Source: a virus
Direction: 5' to 3' (one strand)
DNA: 64,000 nucleotides
IMG/VR virus record: IMGVR_UViG_3300027816_000087
Coordinates: 25,073 to 89,072 of that record
Both the position numbers and the translations under genes were made by a program. The number at the start of each line of letters is the position of its first letter. The stretch's first letter is position 1. Shown here in pieces: positions 22,401-29,237 of this stretch. Under the pieces are notes generated by a model, which was given only the letters and a program-made list of their open reading frames with translations, searched no databases and was not told the DNA's origin.

Positions 22401-23268
22401 ATCCTGTATCAACAAATGGTATTATTTTACGAGCTCCTGTTACAAGAAACTCAGGAATACTATTTGACTTCCAAATAGGCGTACCTAATTTTACCATATC
22501 TTTGGCAATATCAGCTTTGGTAACTATTCTACCTGCCCACTTAGGAGCACTTAAACCAAGTTTAGCTACTGAAAATTCTGTAGATAAACCTAAAGTTAAA
22601 AGTTCTTCAGAAAGAAATTGACCTATAGTTCCAAGAGCAAATCCTGATTGCTGAAGCATGTCACCAAAAAACTTCCTATTAAATATGCCTTCTTCATATT
22701 CAGGTAAATTATAAATGGCATATTTATTCATTATTTCTTTAGTAGCTCTATCTTGCTCTAATAAATCTTCAGGTGAACCTATTAAATCTGTTTTAGCTTC
22801 ATCCCAATTTGTACTCCATATAGCATCAATTAGATTACCCCATCCTTTCCATCCTTCAACAAATGTATTCCCAGCAAGTTTAAACATTCCTGTTAATCCA
22901 TTACCCCATACATCACCCCATGTTTGACGTTTAGCATATGCAAATTCATTTTGAGGACCAAGATATGGATTATAACCAAGTTGGGCAAAGTCACGTGTAT
23001 TACTAGTATATCTCTCTACTTGAGATCTATCCCAATCAAAAAATACAGGAGCAGCCATAGCTGTGCCTGAAGGTGCTTTATTTTCAAATGATTGCAAACC
23101 TTTTTCTACTGGATCAAGTTGAGCTGGTGGTTGATATCCAAAACCATCGTTAATACTAGTATTAATAAGATCCAACATATCTGGACCTCTATCTGGAAGT
23201 GGAAGTTCAGGCTCACTTAAATATGCACCTTGTAGTTGTTCAGGAATTATACCAGTACCAAAATCCAT
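7489..23268 (-). CDS. Giant virion-packaged DNA-dependent RNA polymerase polyprotein (5259 aa)
   Basis: Catalytic GSDFDVDKL (DxDxD at 11041-11055) preceded by SRIPTSG; DEADGQ motif near 12410; GFHEAFE zincin-like helix at 15589-15603; size and context match the crAss-like (phi14:2-type) virion RNAP. Confidence 0.9.
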   Translation of the reverse strand: MDFGTGIIPEQLQGAYLSEPELPLPDRGPDMLDLINTSINDGFGYQPPAQLDPVEKGLQSFENKAPSGTAMAAPVFFDWDRSQVERYTSNTRDFAQLGYNPYLGPQNEFAYAKRQTWGDVWGNGLTGMFKLAGNTFVEGWKGWGNLIDAIWSTNWDEAKTDLIGSPEDLLEQDRATKEIMNKYAIYNLPEYEEGIFNRKFFGDMLQQSGFALGTIGQFLSEELLTLGLSTEFSVAKLGLSAPKWAGRIVTKADIAKDMVKLGTPIWKSNSIPEFLVTGARKIIPFVDTGYALAKYGKAGAGALQLGAIGLGGVRRFLSEANMAMTEARMEAAGTYGDLYTKLYDEELFKTGEAPTPDKLTAIEQIAKDAAFDNFQVNSGILMLANRLQFDNLFTKFSFGRKVLGEGTSEFAEDVLKVSGKAAAKEGVGKSLTKVYEKGTLGTLGLFSEISKDFGVKKAAWEATKSVGRNVFKWEASEGIQELFQETSNKALQDYYYDLYHGAKGSELTDYISKAAKEQYSTQGLKTFLMGALTGRLLSPINFAVGKAKEKIGSDPLQVKERKKQLTESIQALNAFYENPNKYLPEHIANVKVQNKTAQNMQEAIANRDAYVFHNNKDSAFAKMISAAIKTDMIDGVIETIRAYGDAFNDNEFKEAFGFDKTEENVASTKEFFNKIADNVIDFHKTWRDLKNRFGDLVIPELYKEGTPERKTALRAKRALDDAIEVLATVDYKARKATMRAGELQVKMAGVPVLGSTAAIAFRNIGATKNTEAEIDLLKMEIKNLESQETKDNATKDLIEAKKEQLASLEEWKENYSQLANMERGDKLKSDKAKKALVTYLNSKNKESKIDIVIKEDQLDEIYTNLLDYIELNKDNKEYIDAYNKLANPIEFAKMQERITDAIIAVEKKKLEEHLKEIEKNAGVEDDTPKAVTTIVTKDKEGKEVTFEIKEGENYITESSPKKRIYKGKVPVIQYDQDIIKIVSIDDRGISFTYNDEKEVIIMSVDEFSQIGKLYPLSSMTDHERIYFKNRDVVFDLNVFKKTGKPHYTKGKYANKDFSSTGINVKARLELIKENGEYVLKIVYINPVRNVKESIYYNAEYLKKYASNKKDVLDITESEDEVVSRRTETRRQSQLKMLNEALEDVMSKSDKLLVDRNKNEEEYNKIKKELEDYIAEIELIEEEFQNKPYVRGRKSKVRIELEQRKEVLINLVQSAERLIENLQIQSQELQKQQDVLNQLLEYYFEGIEEIEQSGQPFTMVDGKIYTSEQERLNEAQQQEIIKPSRGITTDQISGMLDETELELDLVNERISILQNMIDYSNKLLERINRVTDLFDTLAGINDKKQLLNQLVLMKRQEKDADNKKTIQNIINSLNDGDSMELAYIFELVDRVVDSKKELKELLEQARYLQDRYDRLTLAYQQRGEISALEKRIGMLQAVQEGIILGYNLIQQKEGIIKQEGNKIITKPNSVPVKDEMIQGVDALFSTEPIIDIAPGSEEEAETFKQMEAFAPILDENALFKTAGRHFADKNDTQITSPQEARFFKFSETAKLSDENGSVFYLMPVTKDSKEFQELRSEGFEDDIRLVVVRRDAMGNFKPVGMDGNILENPTKENMVYTGMHGSKELLGDDADATYEWLKDNFAIYDKKTQKNRVTKEQALAFATYFKQVRNAIKEKVKAGETVVLPIIDKSPGIYNREPLVGGYDEDGNPTPQRPQELSLEGRLIEDNPDFTNLKHPDGRPVRIVISKNDTRVKAGRAMVVRPGEPPIVVYNRKFTAEEQENVINILKRLSELFIQKNSELGLNEEQLAEFQTALRYLQGVTYWSPVQEGKKPSPFQLSVQSGLNIGSTNILFTADSIEKNRDKILEALQYHKVNNTLLNDKNKTESFYDVKVIDGKIVRGKQYVNYQHYLLAERPGGSVLYTNIKPYTSPSENKTEAQNYQLKNVYFKYDASGFVAEPVQAAGDQPTTTPKSIKQYSLYQKEVRADDGSIFYNIENNIPKEGKVTFVTRRRNGNELYLHTEYKNGKYEIFQVIDEKGEDLTNADLNGQKVKDFYQGEFDKRFEAVNKFSQTVAQGKSIQLEMIDSFKETFIRIEEYAKQGETVNDVKVAQVLTSQSTPVTPVSVSDAQTRKNKAIASIEKVTDGWRAIADDPGGASADELIGDTREDVLKQIDEKYKDEIASTAPVFNVEAKRKEVRAAIQKAGQGEGGQFFVTLSDGTRESAVRISLSGNELGIGNKGVTVDLSTIVKIENPDGSVVYDVTKTSDIERKPGITVLPNGNLRIVAYRTEKVGPTSKNQFQRGKGLYLSLDKPYPGEEIYTVEIEISPENLLDRKFGYGKISEDEFINKKNQARPSLETLHEFKQNLGIKAEIGSIDGALQNEFVLFDQDLINKALASKQPISLKSTAAPVVGKTLAASGITFDDFVNQKYKDYVSEARSQGATPLSKEEYTTKYNKQLNLEYKSKVQVSAQTSAQNLLDMAKQAKPKDDYDANARVGEITAATKTEDIAKFKEWLSKVLPQIPLDILDELVDGKYMGQFVNGMIRMYKFAEEGTGFHEAFEAVWNAYLSPEKQQALIDEYKKRKDYKSQPSYLWAVANYKTQDEKRLIKEALAEEFREYMLKEGTEVKAESPKRNTFFRRLWNWLKKILGLTKEKVAEIEDETTKLFGQIAKGEFKDATPLQNFDPSVKHNRASVSGTSVEFTQQLMEGLTAIFFSKLNNESYKAKGYTIEKMFDEDNNIFEDLFKASWSTIFNRFMPGLNDVMQRDEFKYASPEVQTEFINQYREYRIAEDQKIASNLYFQKERVLNSEIYNTEVKEQFKNYLSQFGLKFKQVEDVKKSEEDIAEIEAKEENANTLGIRDVIYVDPTSLTNPTVRLLILSLPDNKTDESGKVSDVRNKLNLPSLVSYKRKMNILLNELSDVVPMMRKQEDGTFKKTSALEEMFNKLDKKFKDPIYKFRYKDGYQWIENLKSRLKYDTLKNGGIVSDDDVRLLVAFETSFTRNRNNPLKIIVGADGKIRHVNAVSVNTKEKIREEWRNGIKEKAYKVDISKLDTGGIVYISPANTIEINLSSPRLTYILGASDVKGHLGAFNALGISLSTKPENLSETNKNIIKNAYNSLKYVLEDAVKNNKTIKYDSLFGTDLIGGPLNALLELELNFRSEDTLLSHQTADGKTQYAITLPSEISYVLHSLNSANTLEEFIMSNPQYGTVVGDIIKLNPYNSTSEILSPGGIVFDAKGRKREGVKIDYEYISGMAAERESDGENTDKLNFNDKIIQEIYHILRGSYFTVINSDKSSEFAVKMGHFVKMSEISNLGLIEDKYINALKAEVMHALRFHFYPNNIQNHQDRILELGHFSNIPGLEKGSNLRNYFEKLVKDTKITKRTKIENATLIFEALTENFVSTVKNEGILKDYVESQVKETKQWLVNKEIVKTVEIDAGVTVINVLNRFKALGIPKDADAISGINTKEMSEAEFNKLARFLVVNRQLAVYEQHKLFYGHPALYKDLAKRSSGANSQKNVISENPHVISWMEQNKPRYDGRVRDADNPVMRSISYADPKVTSPYLKYIAEELFKDISTKVDKKRAEQLIGAKFNEDGSLKSIVGGKGTYISSYINMDEADGQAMIMPDYFRDMLYLSGMLSKEQEALLDYENALEIIDRSDKSHPYYNPKYTKEQIQKAKEVLSKPKPEAILQVLKPQGFGFQNTDGMSHINFLKNSVFPLTWSRVKNNPEMMSKYIDAKNQGVDIIDFGSGHKVGAMTKPNGKLTPFYNEDGTISKEVPILQDIFSKYFGIQVSTPDYAKNVVIFGSQIRKLILSDLPESLKPYAEEYKNVLNALLDIEREALLQELGLKQNEDGSYDIENVGKLMETLRQEAIKRNLPDNVVEMLDTFIDDNKEVPKYPLDANPARERIESVLNSLVDNRIIRTEMFGKANVQVSSTLFAQGRKLLYIKDGVYQNVEDYSKLSKKEKESVTISSSNLNFYNTDYGRYIEVYTPWYFKGITPQEAGFVQNEEGIWVAPEGKDFADLLNSIGSRIPTSGLNMIDSIVIKGFLDPSYGDMVVVPSEMVGKTGSDFDVDKLNMFLANYYISKKTNEIKYIKYSSSPDELNNRYNRYINDKYADIIKPVINIINNLKEEIRTGVKEIKQLEEELYYFEELIYKGNAIEGKLVSDLFNKKIKNIQQAMLADEELKMNQLNVEALSVALDKAADDYNALKTEITTKDSLQEFSKRSIEDQNSKKALQNRVIEIIKTILEHPDNQRQLLTPNSASKLKKLSEYILELKGIKRDDTNMTKLSEWVTMSETRETFVTSKQLVGVAALQITSHTMSQIGEVELTGTYKDYDGTTRQVKIKLPNSNTNKLDLTVDEDGMYIFDLFNEALTGSVDAAKDPFIFDIRLNLETAATWFYLTKRGVSQENIALMFNQPVIDDYFKYRDANKTFVNEVNDEALYFNEVIIKAASLYYTQGTGNVIDTTQYPDKTLALFRGIQQQFKQYTPQQLAEAISSKTLTKEQNLMQVAILMDMLDYKTQADKLSNFIRGISYDTTKTKNIVESHLQQSRYNRAVNDNFIKQDSLDRVFDKTFLGKVKEVKDDVRNMFEKFFVVLNPKSLPAFEPILEKLDDDGIFMTNEDKAEYLNRYQNFFIAYILQNTPFGNNERLNQYFNLFTDGKNESLAKRLKRMKDKYPDSLALKNLFPVINQNRLSTDNIKMFNNKMSSYDVNVISESIDILYSQAEMIGDFELKEFIDNLARLAILQSGVQLSPVTFTKVLPLNLYAGLTADIFKNYANSPDVVNVDQVWKTFHQNNYKNNKIVPKQKYSAKYLQNGLLVIRGDRNIARNQYIKMYVPVDGVDTKNDKLPFDERFKLNLYERIKITDTTGSDVTLDKSVVKYRPINKLGNGMYLVETTPNPLTEASRFAVNGDVNESMHDEAVMAWRKQVSLETIESGLPEFDKLPGRSSTRTMTYAGIGSRETPTDVLKLMTEASKYLDSIGYTLQTGFTFKDKETGLDEEGADKAFSDGSKNKILFGPSGIRRTVNGNTSLETYDNNVSKISEAVVKEIHPAPDRLTPGGLKLMARNTNQIFGKNLDSTVDFVLFYAEETDNPLRPKGGTGQAVEMARRKGIPTINMANPNWRQELDRVLSSITQAPVSGKKTIKEFKVGEQVQDDKYNVWKIISQEEYEKESRIGTKAGVKVRFITNVNPNENRRQDFLNPDSTTYIKPNSVNTLGENTLVQPTQAVTGPSKIQPEGLPSIDNNNQNNCG

Positions 23269-23287
23269 ATCTTTATATTAATTTTAT

Positions 23288-26200
23288 TTATTTTAAATTA
23301 ATTCCATTTTGATTAAAAAACAAATCTCTACTAATTATTGAAGGCGACCCTCCTCCAGTATTTTGAGTATTTTTTCTATTTTTTAAATACTCTTCATACT
23401 TTTGTTGTAGATCAAAATTAGCTTTTAAATTATCATAGTAAATCTTTTGTATTTCAAAAACAATTTCATCAGGAGTTTTTTCTTGAAGACTAAATATTCT
23501 ATCAGTAATTTGTCTTTCTTCAAGTCTTGTTCTCATTTCATTTGTTTTAGGATCTATTTCGTTTATACGAACATTATATTTTAAATTAAGCCTCACTGTA
23601 CTAGGCATAGATTGAGGTGTAGATCCATCTCTATCAGGAGTTAATGTAAAATTAAAACCTGTTGCATTCATCATATCATCAGATTTAAATTGCTTTCCTC
23701 TTAATAATGTTTGATAAATATAATATCCAGAATTCTTAGGCATATCACGTAAGTTCGGACCTAAACTAGGACTTCCTTCATTAATTGCAAATACAAATTT
23801 TTTGCCAGCCAAATCTGTTAATTTTTCAGTTCCTAAAACAATTTTTGAACCATCAGTAATAGCTCCAAAATCTACAGATATATTTGCTCTTCCTGCTATT
23901 AATCCACCACCTGCTGTATTGTATTTAAAACCTCCAAAATACTGTTCTGTTTGTTTTTCATTTTGTTGCAGTTTTCTTATTGCAGCCATTTCAGGAATAG
24001 TAGCTTCTCTTATTGTTCCATTACTTTCTTCTATATAAACTTCGGCATTTGCAGGTTCTAACACTTCTTGAAAAAGAGCAAATGCTTTATCACCATCTCT
24101 TGTACTTTTTTCTGGATCAAATAAATAACTAAAGTTAGTCCCCACTTTACCTGTTTGACTTGAAAAAAATTGTAAACTGGGAACTACTGAATTATATACT
24201 TTGTTATAGTTTTTTCTAAAATCCCAAGGTTCTCCAAATTTATCAGTAAAGTTATCTATTGTCTGTTTAAGTTTTAAAAGATCTTTTTCCTGTGCATAAA
24301 GAGTTTCTCCATTCATTTCAATTTGAATAGACTTTAAAGCTGTTGGATCTGTAGATACAGGTGTTTTATAACCACCAATAATTTTATAACTAAATTTATT
24401 ATTAAAAATAGCTTGAGCTATTGCTTCAGGTTTAAGTTTAATATTAAACATATTTGGTACCTGAATTGGTAAATTTGCACCTATAATTGGAACACCAGCA
24501 TAAGTAGTAAACGTAAAATCTTTAAATGCTTTAACTTCAGATATTTGTGCAAGTTTTTCAGAAGTTAGTAACTCATATGTACCATCATTTTTTTTAGTAA
24601 AATATTTATTTGCTTCTGCTGGATTTGTTTTTGCATATTTATCTAATATTTGTTTTCTATTTTCTTCATTAGCCAAATAAACTTCTAGGTTTGTTTTAGC
24701 AACGTTATAATTAATTAATGCTTTTTGTTCTTGAGCTGTTAACATAAAATCTAATGGTTGAGGTTTTCCATCTGCACCAATATGATTTTTAGCCTCATCC
24801 ATTCTATCTTTTAAATAACCCTGCGTATATGCAATTAAAGCATTACGCATTGTTCCTGGTCCTGTAAGTTTTGTTATACCAGCTTCTTTAACATATTTAT
24901 TTTCAATAAGTAACTTTTCTAATTTTTTTGAAGCAGCAGCTTGCTCAGGTGTAAATTTATAATCAGGAGCTCCTGGATTAAACAGACCACCTCTTAATTC
25001 ATTATCAAAAGCTGATGAAATACTTGCTACTTCAGCATCAGTTAATCCTAAACCATTCTTTGCAAAATATAATAAACCATCAGGACTAAATGCAAGATTA
25101 TATGAACTATAAAAAAGTTCTTTTTGACGTCTATCAAATATTTCAGCAGCAGTTCCTTGTTCAATAACATTAGTTGTACCTAGTCCAAGATATCTACCAC
25201 CAGTTACTGTTTCAATTCCTTTTATAGGTTCAGTTAAAACATTTCCTTTTTTGTCTACTAACTGACCTAATGCATTTGTAGTTACACCTGAAGATCCACC
25301 AGATCCACCAGATCCATCAGTTTTTTTATTAGGATTAGCTCTTTCCCACAAATCCTGGTCACGTTTCCACTCTGCTTCTTGTTTATTTAACTCATAATTT
25401 AAAACATCTAAATCAAATTTTCTTTGATTAAGTTGGGCTTCTTGTGCTTTAAAATATGTTTCATTAGGCTTAATCTTTCTAGATTCTAATGAAGACACAC
25501 CTGTAGACCAATTATCTACAAGACGTTGTTTAGCAAGTTTACCAAAGAAACCTTCAGGATTTAAAATAATATTGTTTTTAAGTTGGGCTTGATAATTTTT
25601 AGGAAAATTAATTTCGTATTCTTTATCTATAGCATTTGATTTTCCTAATAACTCAGCTTTTTGTTTTTGATATTGTAACGCAGCTTGTTGATATTCAGGA
25701 GTGAGATTTTTTGGAAGAGCGTTTAATAACCCATTAATTCTAGCAATTTCTACAGCTACATTATTTTTTCTTTTTTGATATCCTTTATCAAACTCACCTA
25801 CTACATCATCAGCCATTTTTTCGTAAATCTGAGCATCTGTTAGATTAGGAAATTGATTTTTGTATTGTTTGTATCTTTCTTCTTTTTCCACTCTACCTGT
25901 TACACTAAATTGCTCATAGAAATTATTACCTATCATTGACTCAGCCCATGTAGCAAAATGTTTTTTAGATCTCTCTCCATTTTCTGTACTAATTAAATAT
26001 GCACCATCAGCACTTGTCTCATCCCAAACTATTTTTAAACCATCTTTACCAGCAACTTCATTTAAATATTTTTCAATATTAGTAAAAGGAATAGCTTTAC
26101 GCTTTTGTACTTTTGAAAAATCATCATCTGTTCTATTAGCATTAATCAAAACATCTAAACCGTTCTGAAGATCTTTAGCTACAACACCACTATATTGTTC

Positions 26201-26602
26201 TCTTATCTTAGGGTCATCACTATTTTTCCAACTTTCAAGAGTTTGAAATTCATTTTGATAAGCTTTGGTAAGTTGTGCATCTTTTACAATAAAATTATCT
26301 TCCCAAAAAGGAGCAAATATTCCACGAGCAGCAGCTACATTTTGAGGTTGAGCAAAATCAAACCCAGCCATTTTTTGAAGATTTGCTCTAGCTTGTTTAA
26401 TATACTCATCTCTTATTTGTATATTGTACTTATTAGAAAGAGGAGCATTAAGTACTGATTCCCAAGCACTTCTAGCTTTAGAAATACCTTCCTCATACAA
26501 TGCAGTTTTCCTTTGAAGCATTTTATCATAAAATGCTAAATCAGGTTTGTATATATAAGGTTCAGGAAAAACGTCTGTAATATTGGGAATATAAGTTGCC
26601 AT
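23288..26602 (-). CDS. Large virion (ejected) protein upstream of the RNAP gene
   Basis: 1104-aa intact ORF with helical N-terminal half and a GSGGSGGSSG linker; syntenic with the large gene preceding RNAP in crAss-like phages; no catalytic motif recognised. Confidence 0.6.
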   Translation of the reverse strand: MATYIPNITDVFPEPYIYKPDLAFYDKMLQRKTALYEEGISKARSAWESVLNAPLSNKYNIQIRDEYIKQARANLQKMAGFDFAQPQNVAAARGIFAPFWEDNFIVKDAQLTKAYQNEFQTLESWKNSDDPKIREQYSGVVAKDLQNGLDVLINANRTDDDFSKVQKRKAIPFTNIEKYLNEVAGKDGLKIVWDETSADGAYLISTENGERSKKHFATWAESMIGNNFYEQFSVTGRVEKEERYKQYKNQFPNLTDAQIYEKMADDVVGEFDKGYQKRKNNVAVEIARINGLLNALPKNLTPEYQQAALQYQKQKAELLGKSNAIDKEYEINFPKNYQAQLKNNIILNPEGFFGKLAKQRLVDNWSTGVSSLESRKIKPNETYFKAQEAQLNQRKFDLDVLNYELNKQEAEWKRDQDLWERANPNKKTDGSGGSGGSSGVTTNALGQLVDKKGNVLTEPIKGIETVTGGRYLGLGTTNVIEQGTAAEIFDRRQKELFYSSYNLAFSPDGLLYFAKNGLGLTDAEVASISSAFDNELRGGLFNPGAPDYKFTPEQAAASKKLEKLLIENKYVKEAGITKLTGPGTMRNALIAYTQGYLKDRMDEAKNHIGADGKPQPLDFMLTAQEQKALINYNVAKTNLEVYLANEENRKQILDKYAKTNPAEANKYFTKKNDGTYELLTSEKLAQISEVKAFKDFTFTTYAGVPIIGANLPIQVPNMFNIKLKPEAIAQAIFNNKFSYKIIGGYKTPVSTDPTALKSIQIEMNGETLYAQEKDLLKLKQTIDNFTDKFGEPWDFRKNYNKVYNSVVPSLQFFSSQTGKVGTNFSYLFDPEKSTRDGDKAFALFQEVLEPANAEVYIEESNGTIREATIPEMAAIRKLQQNEKQTEQYFGGFKYNTAGGGLIAGRANISVDFGAITDGSKIVLGTEKLTDLAGKKFVFAINEGSPSLGPNLRDMPKNSGYYIYQTLLRGKQFKSDDMMNATGFNFTLTPDRDGSTPQSMPSTVRLNLKYNVRINEIDPKTNEMRTRLEERQITDRIFSLQEKTPDEIVFEIQKIYYDNLKANFDLQQKYEEYLKNRKNTQNTGGGSPSIISRDLFFNQNGINLK

Positions 26603-26609
26603 ACTGTTA

Positions 26610-26664
26610 CATTATAAATATACTATAAAATTTTCTAAGTTTAAAACTAAACTTCTAAGGTTTA
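26610..26664 (-). promoter_or_regulatory. Candidate late promoter motif plus upstream palindrome (copy 1)
   Basis: Minus-strand AGTATATTTATAATG at 26610-26624 and imperfect inverted repeat taaactt-cta-aggttta at 26648-26664; same architecture as 46426-46480. Confidence 0.55.
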
Positions 26665-29217
26665 TGACATAAATGGATATGCGCTAGCTCCAAAGTTAAA
26701 TGCTACATCATCATCTGAAGAAGATCCACGTCTTGAAGATGGTCCATATTTTATTTTAAGATATTGATTAAGAGCATCTTTATCCATTGTGCCTTTGTAT
26801 TTATCGTAGTCTTTTAAAAATTCAGAAGACATGTTTGAACCAGAGGCTGTTGAACCCATAATAGCATCAGCTGCATTAACACCTGGTTTAAGTCTAAGTC
26901 TACCAAAAGGATCTGATGTATAATATTTAGATGTATCATAAAGTTGTCCTTTTTTAATACCTGCTTCAATACCTTCACCAAGCGTTTCTGCAAAATCAGT
27001 ACCATATTTACGCATAGCATTTTGATATTGTTGTGCAGCAACAGTTTCACCCGTATATCTTTTATTTCTTGTTTCACGTTTTTGAGCAGCAAGAGAATTA
27101 TATACTTGAGCTTGCAATGGAGAATACTGATTAGCCACACCAACATTAAGATTTTGATATCTTCCTATAGTGTCAGCTGATGTTTTAGCAGCATTTGCTT
27201 GTATATAGTTAGCCATAGCTCCAGCAGCTTGAGGATTGATCATACCAGCCATTTGTTCTAATCCTCTAGCAGTTTCTTGTGCTGAAGCAAGTTCTCTTTC
27301 AGGATCATAAAATGTAGGTCTAGGTATAACTCCTTGAGGCTCATCGTAAAAAGGACGAAGATAGAGAGGAGGATAAGCAGCAGCTGCCATTATTCCTAAT
27401 GTGTTTTGAAAAGGAATTCCATAATAACCACCACCAAAATTACCACCAGTTACATCACCTGCTTTAGGTCCTTCTTCACCTTCTTCATATGTTATATATT
27501 CTTGAATTTCTTTTTTTCTTTCACACTTTCCTGTTTTTTCATTATACTCTAATGTAGGATCAGGATTACCTTTTTCATCAAGACACGTACCTTTTGTTTC
27601 AGGAACTACTTCATCTGGTGTTGCTTGTTGTATAGGTTTATAATATGATTTATATTTTTGTAAACCACTAACAGTACCATGACCCTTTTTAGCAAGTTCT
27701 TCTATTGTAACACCTTTTGCTAATTGTGCTTTAATCCAATCTTCCCAAGCTTTACCAGGTTTACCACCAGAAACAGCTCCTCTAACTTCAACTGATTTAC
27801 CAGGTGATCCTTTTTTAGTATATCCTGGTGTACCTGGTTTGTATGTACCAGCTACCTCAATAACTGTATTTCCTTTTCTTGCTTTATTAGTTCCTTGTAT
27901 ACGTTGATATTCTCCACTAGCAACTTTAGCTTCAAAATCTTTTTTTGACACTTTATTTGGAGATTGTAATCCACCTTGAGCTTTTGGTAGCATGTAGTTA
28001 TCATAGTCATATATCTCACCACCAAACTGATCATTATAAGAACTATCTCCATATGTAGGAACAAATGATCCTCCATTAGCAAAATATGTTCCTTGATAAT
28101 ATGTACCACTATAAGAACCTCCTCTTCTCATTTGTTGAGTTTCTTCTTCTTCTGTAGGTTGTTCTTCTTGAGCTTGTTGCATAGCATAATCTGGTTCTCC
28201 ACCTGGAGCACTATAGTATCCCGATGTATCTTGTTGCTGCATCATTTGCTGATCTCCACCACCACCACCTTGTTGTTGAGAAATAACGTCTTCAACAGTT
28301 TGCATAATGTTTTGCAATGCTTCTTGTTGTTGTGCACGACCAAGCGATTGAAGTGCTTGATATATTTCTTCCTCAGACTTTTTTGTTAGTTGAGCATAAA
28401 CAGAAATGTATTGAGCTATCTTCTTATCTTGACTACGAGATGATCCACCAGCTTGATATCTATACATATCACCTATACTACTATAGTCAGGAACAAATCC
28501 TCCATAGTTCATAGTGTTATATCCATACATAGCCATAGGTTGTTGACCCATCATAGGTGGTTGTTGCATCATTTGATCTTGAGGTTGCTGCTCCATTTGT
28601 TGTTGTTGAGATTGTTGCATATATTGTTGCATTTTAGCAAATTTTTCTTTAGCAATTTCTGGAATCCCCTGTGGAAAACCTTTTTTAGATTCTTGTAATA
28701 TAGCTAGACTAGCAAGCTTATCATCATATTTTTGTATCATTGCTGCTGCTGTTGCTTTTTGTAAAGGATCTGCTTTATCATTTTGAAGAATATCATAATA
28801 TTTATTTGGTCTATATTGACCAGCTAATTCTGCAAAAGAATAAGTTTTTTTATCTTTTTCTGATTTACCAAATTGAGATAGAACACTACCTTTCACTCCC
28901 ATTTTTCCTTTTCTTTTAGAATAAACAAATGAGTTATCAGGTAGATTCATAGGAACACCACCTTCTTTATTAGGATCGGGATTATGATTAGGACCCACTG
29001 CTTTTTGTAATGGACCAGTTGTATATTTAATTTCTTCACCTCCTTCAACTTCTACATTTGAATCCTCTCTAGGATCAGCACTACGAGTGTTTTTTCTTTC
29101 AACATCATTGTAATCAGGATCATAATCATCAATCGTTGTTCTCACTATATCAAGTGAGTGTTTCTTTTGTCCACCATAAACCATCTTTTGAGGAGCTCTT
29201 GTAATTCTAACTTTCAT
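26662..29217 (-). CDS. Putative internal virion (cargo) protein with Q-rich region and repeated xxxGG motifs
   Basis: 851 aa; NVEVEGGE...GPNH...GGVP N-terminal motif; poly-Q/M/P low-complexity region; motifs MVYGG, MNYGG, YQAGG, MRRGG, FANGG, KAQGG. Confidence 0.55.
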   Translation of the reverse strand: MKVRITRAPQKMVYGGQKKHSLDIVRTTIDDYDPDYNDVERKNTRSADPREDSNVEVEGGEEIKYTTGPLQKAVGPNHNPDPNKEGGVPMNLPDNSFVYSKRKGKMGVKGSVLSQFGKSEKDKKTYSFAELAGQYRPNKYYDILQNDKADPLQKATAAAMIQKYDDKLASLAILQESKKGFPQGIPEIAKEKFAKMQQYMQQSQQQQMEQQPQDQMMQQPPMMGQQPMAMYGYNTMNYGGFVPDYSSIGDMYRYQAGGSSRSQDKKIAQYISVYAQLTKKSEEEIYQALQSLGRAQQQEALQNIMQTVEDVISQQQGGGGGDQQMMQQQDTSGYYSAPGGEPDYAMQQAQEEQPTEEEETQQMRRGGSYSGTYYQGTYFANGGSFVPTYGDSSYNDQFGGEIYDYDNYMLPKAQGGLQSPNKVSKKDFEAKVASGEYQRIQGTNKARKGNTVIEVAGTYKPGTPGYTKKGSPGKSVEVRGAVSGGKPGKAWEDWIKAQLAKGVTIEELAKKGHGTVSGLQKYKSYYKPIQQATPDEVVPETKGTCLDEKGNPDPTLEYNEKTGKCERKKEIQEYITYEEGEEGPKAGDVTGGNFGGGYYGIPFQNTLGIMAAAAYPPLYLRPFYDEPQGVIPRPTFYDPERELASAQETARGLEQMAGMINPQAAGAMANYIQANAAKTSADTIGRYQNLNVGVANQYSPLQAQVYNSLAAQKRETRNKRYTGETVAAQQYQNAMRKYGTDFAETLGEGIEAGIKKGQLYDTSKYYTSDPFGRLRLKPGVNAADAIMGSTASGSNMSSEFLKDYDKYKGTMDKDALNQYLKIKYGPSSRRGSSSDDDVAFNFGASAYPFMS

Positions 29218-29237
29218 ATTGTTTGTTTTAATATATT

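Noticed and set aside
7489-23268. Intein or intron within the giant RNAP gene
   Set aside because: No intein splice motifs or LAGLIDADG blocks recognised and the frame is continuous.
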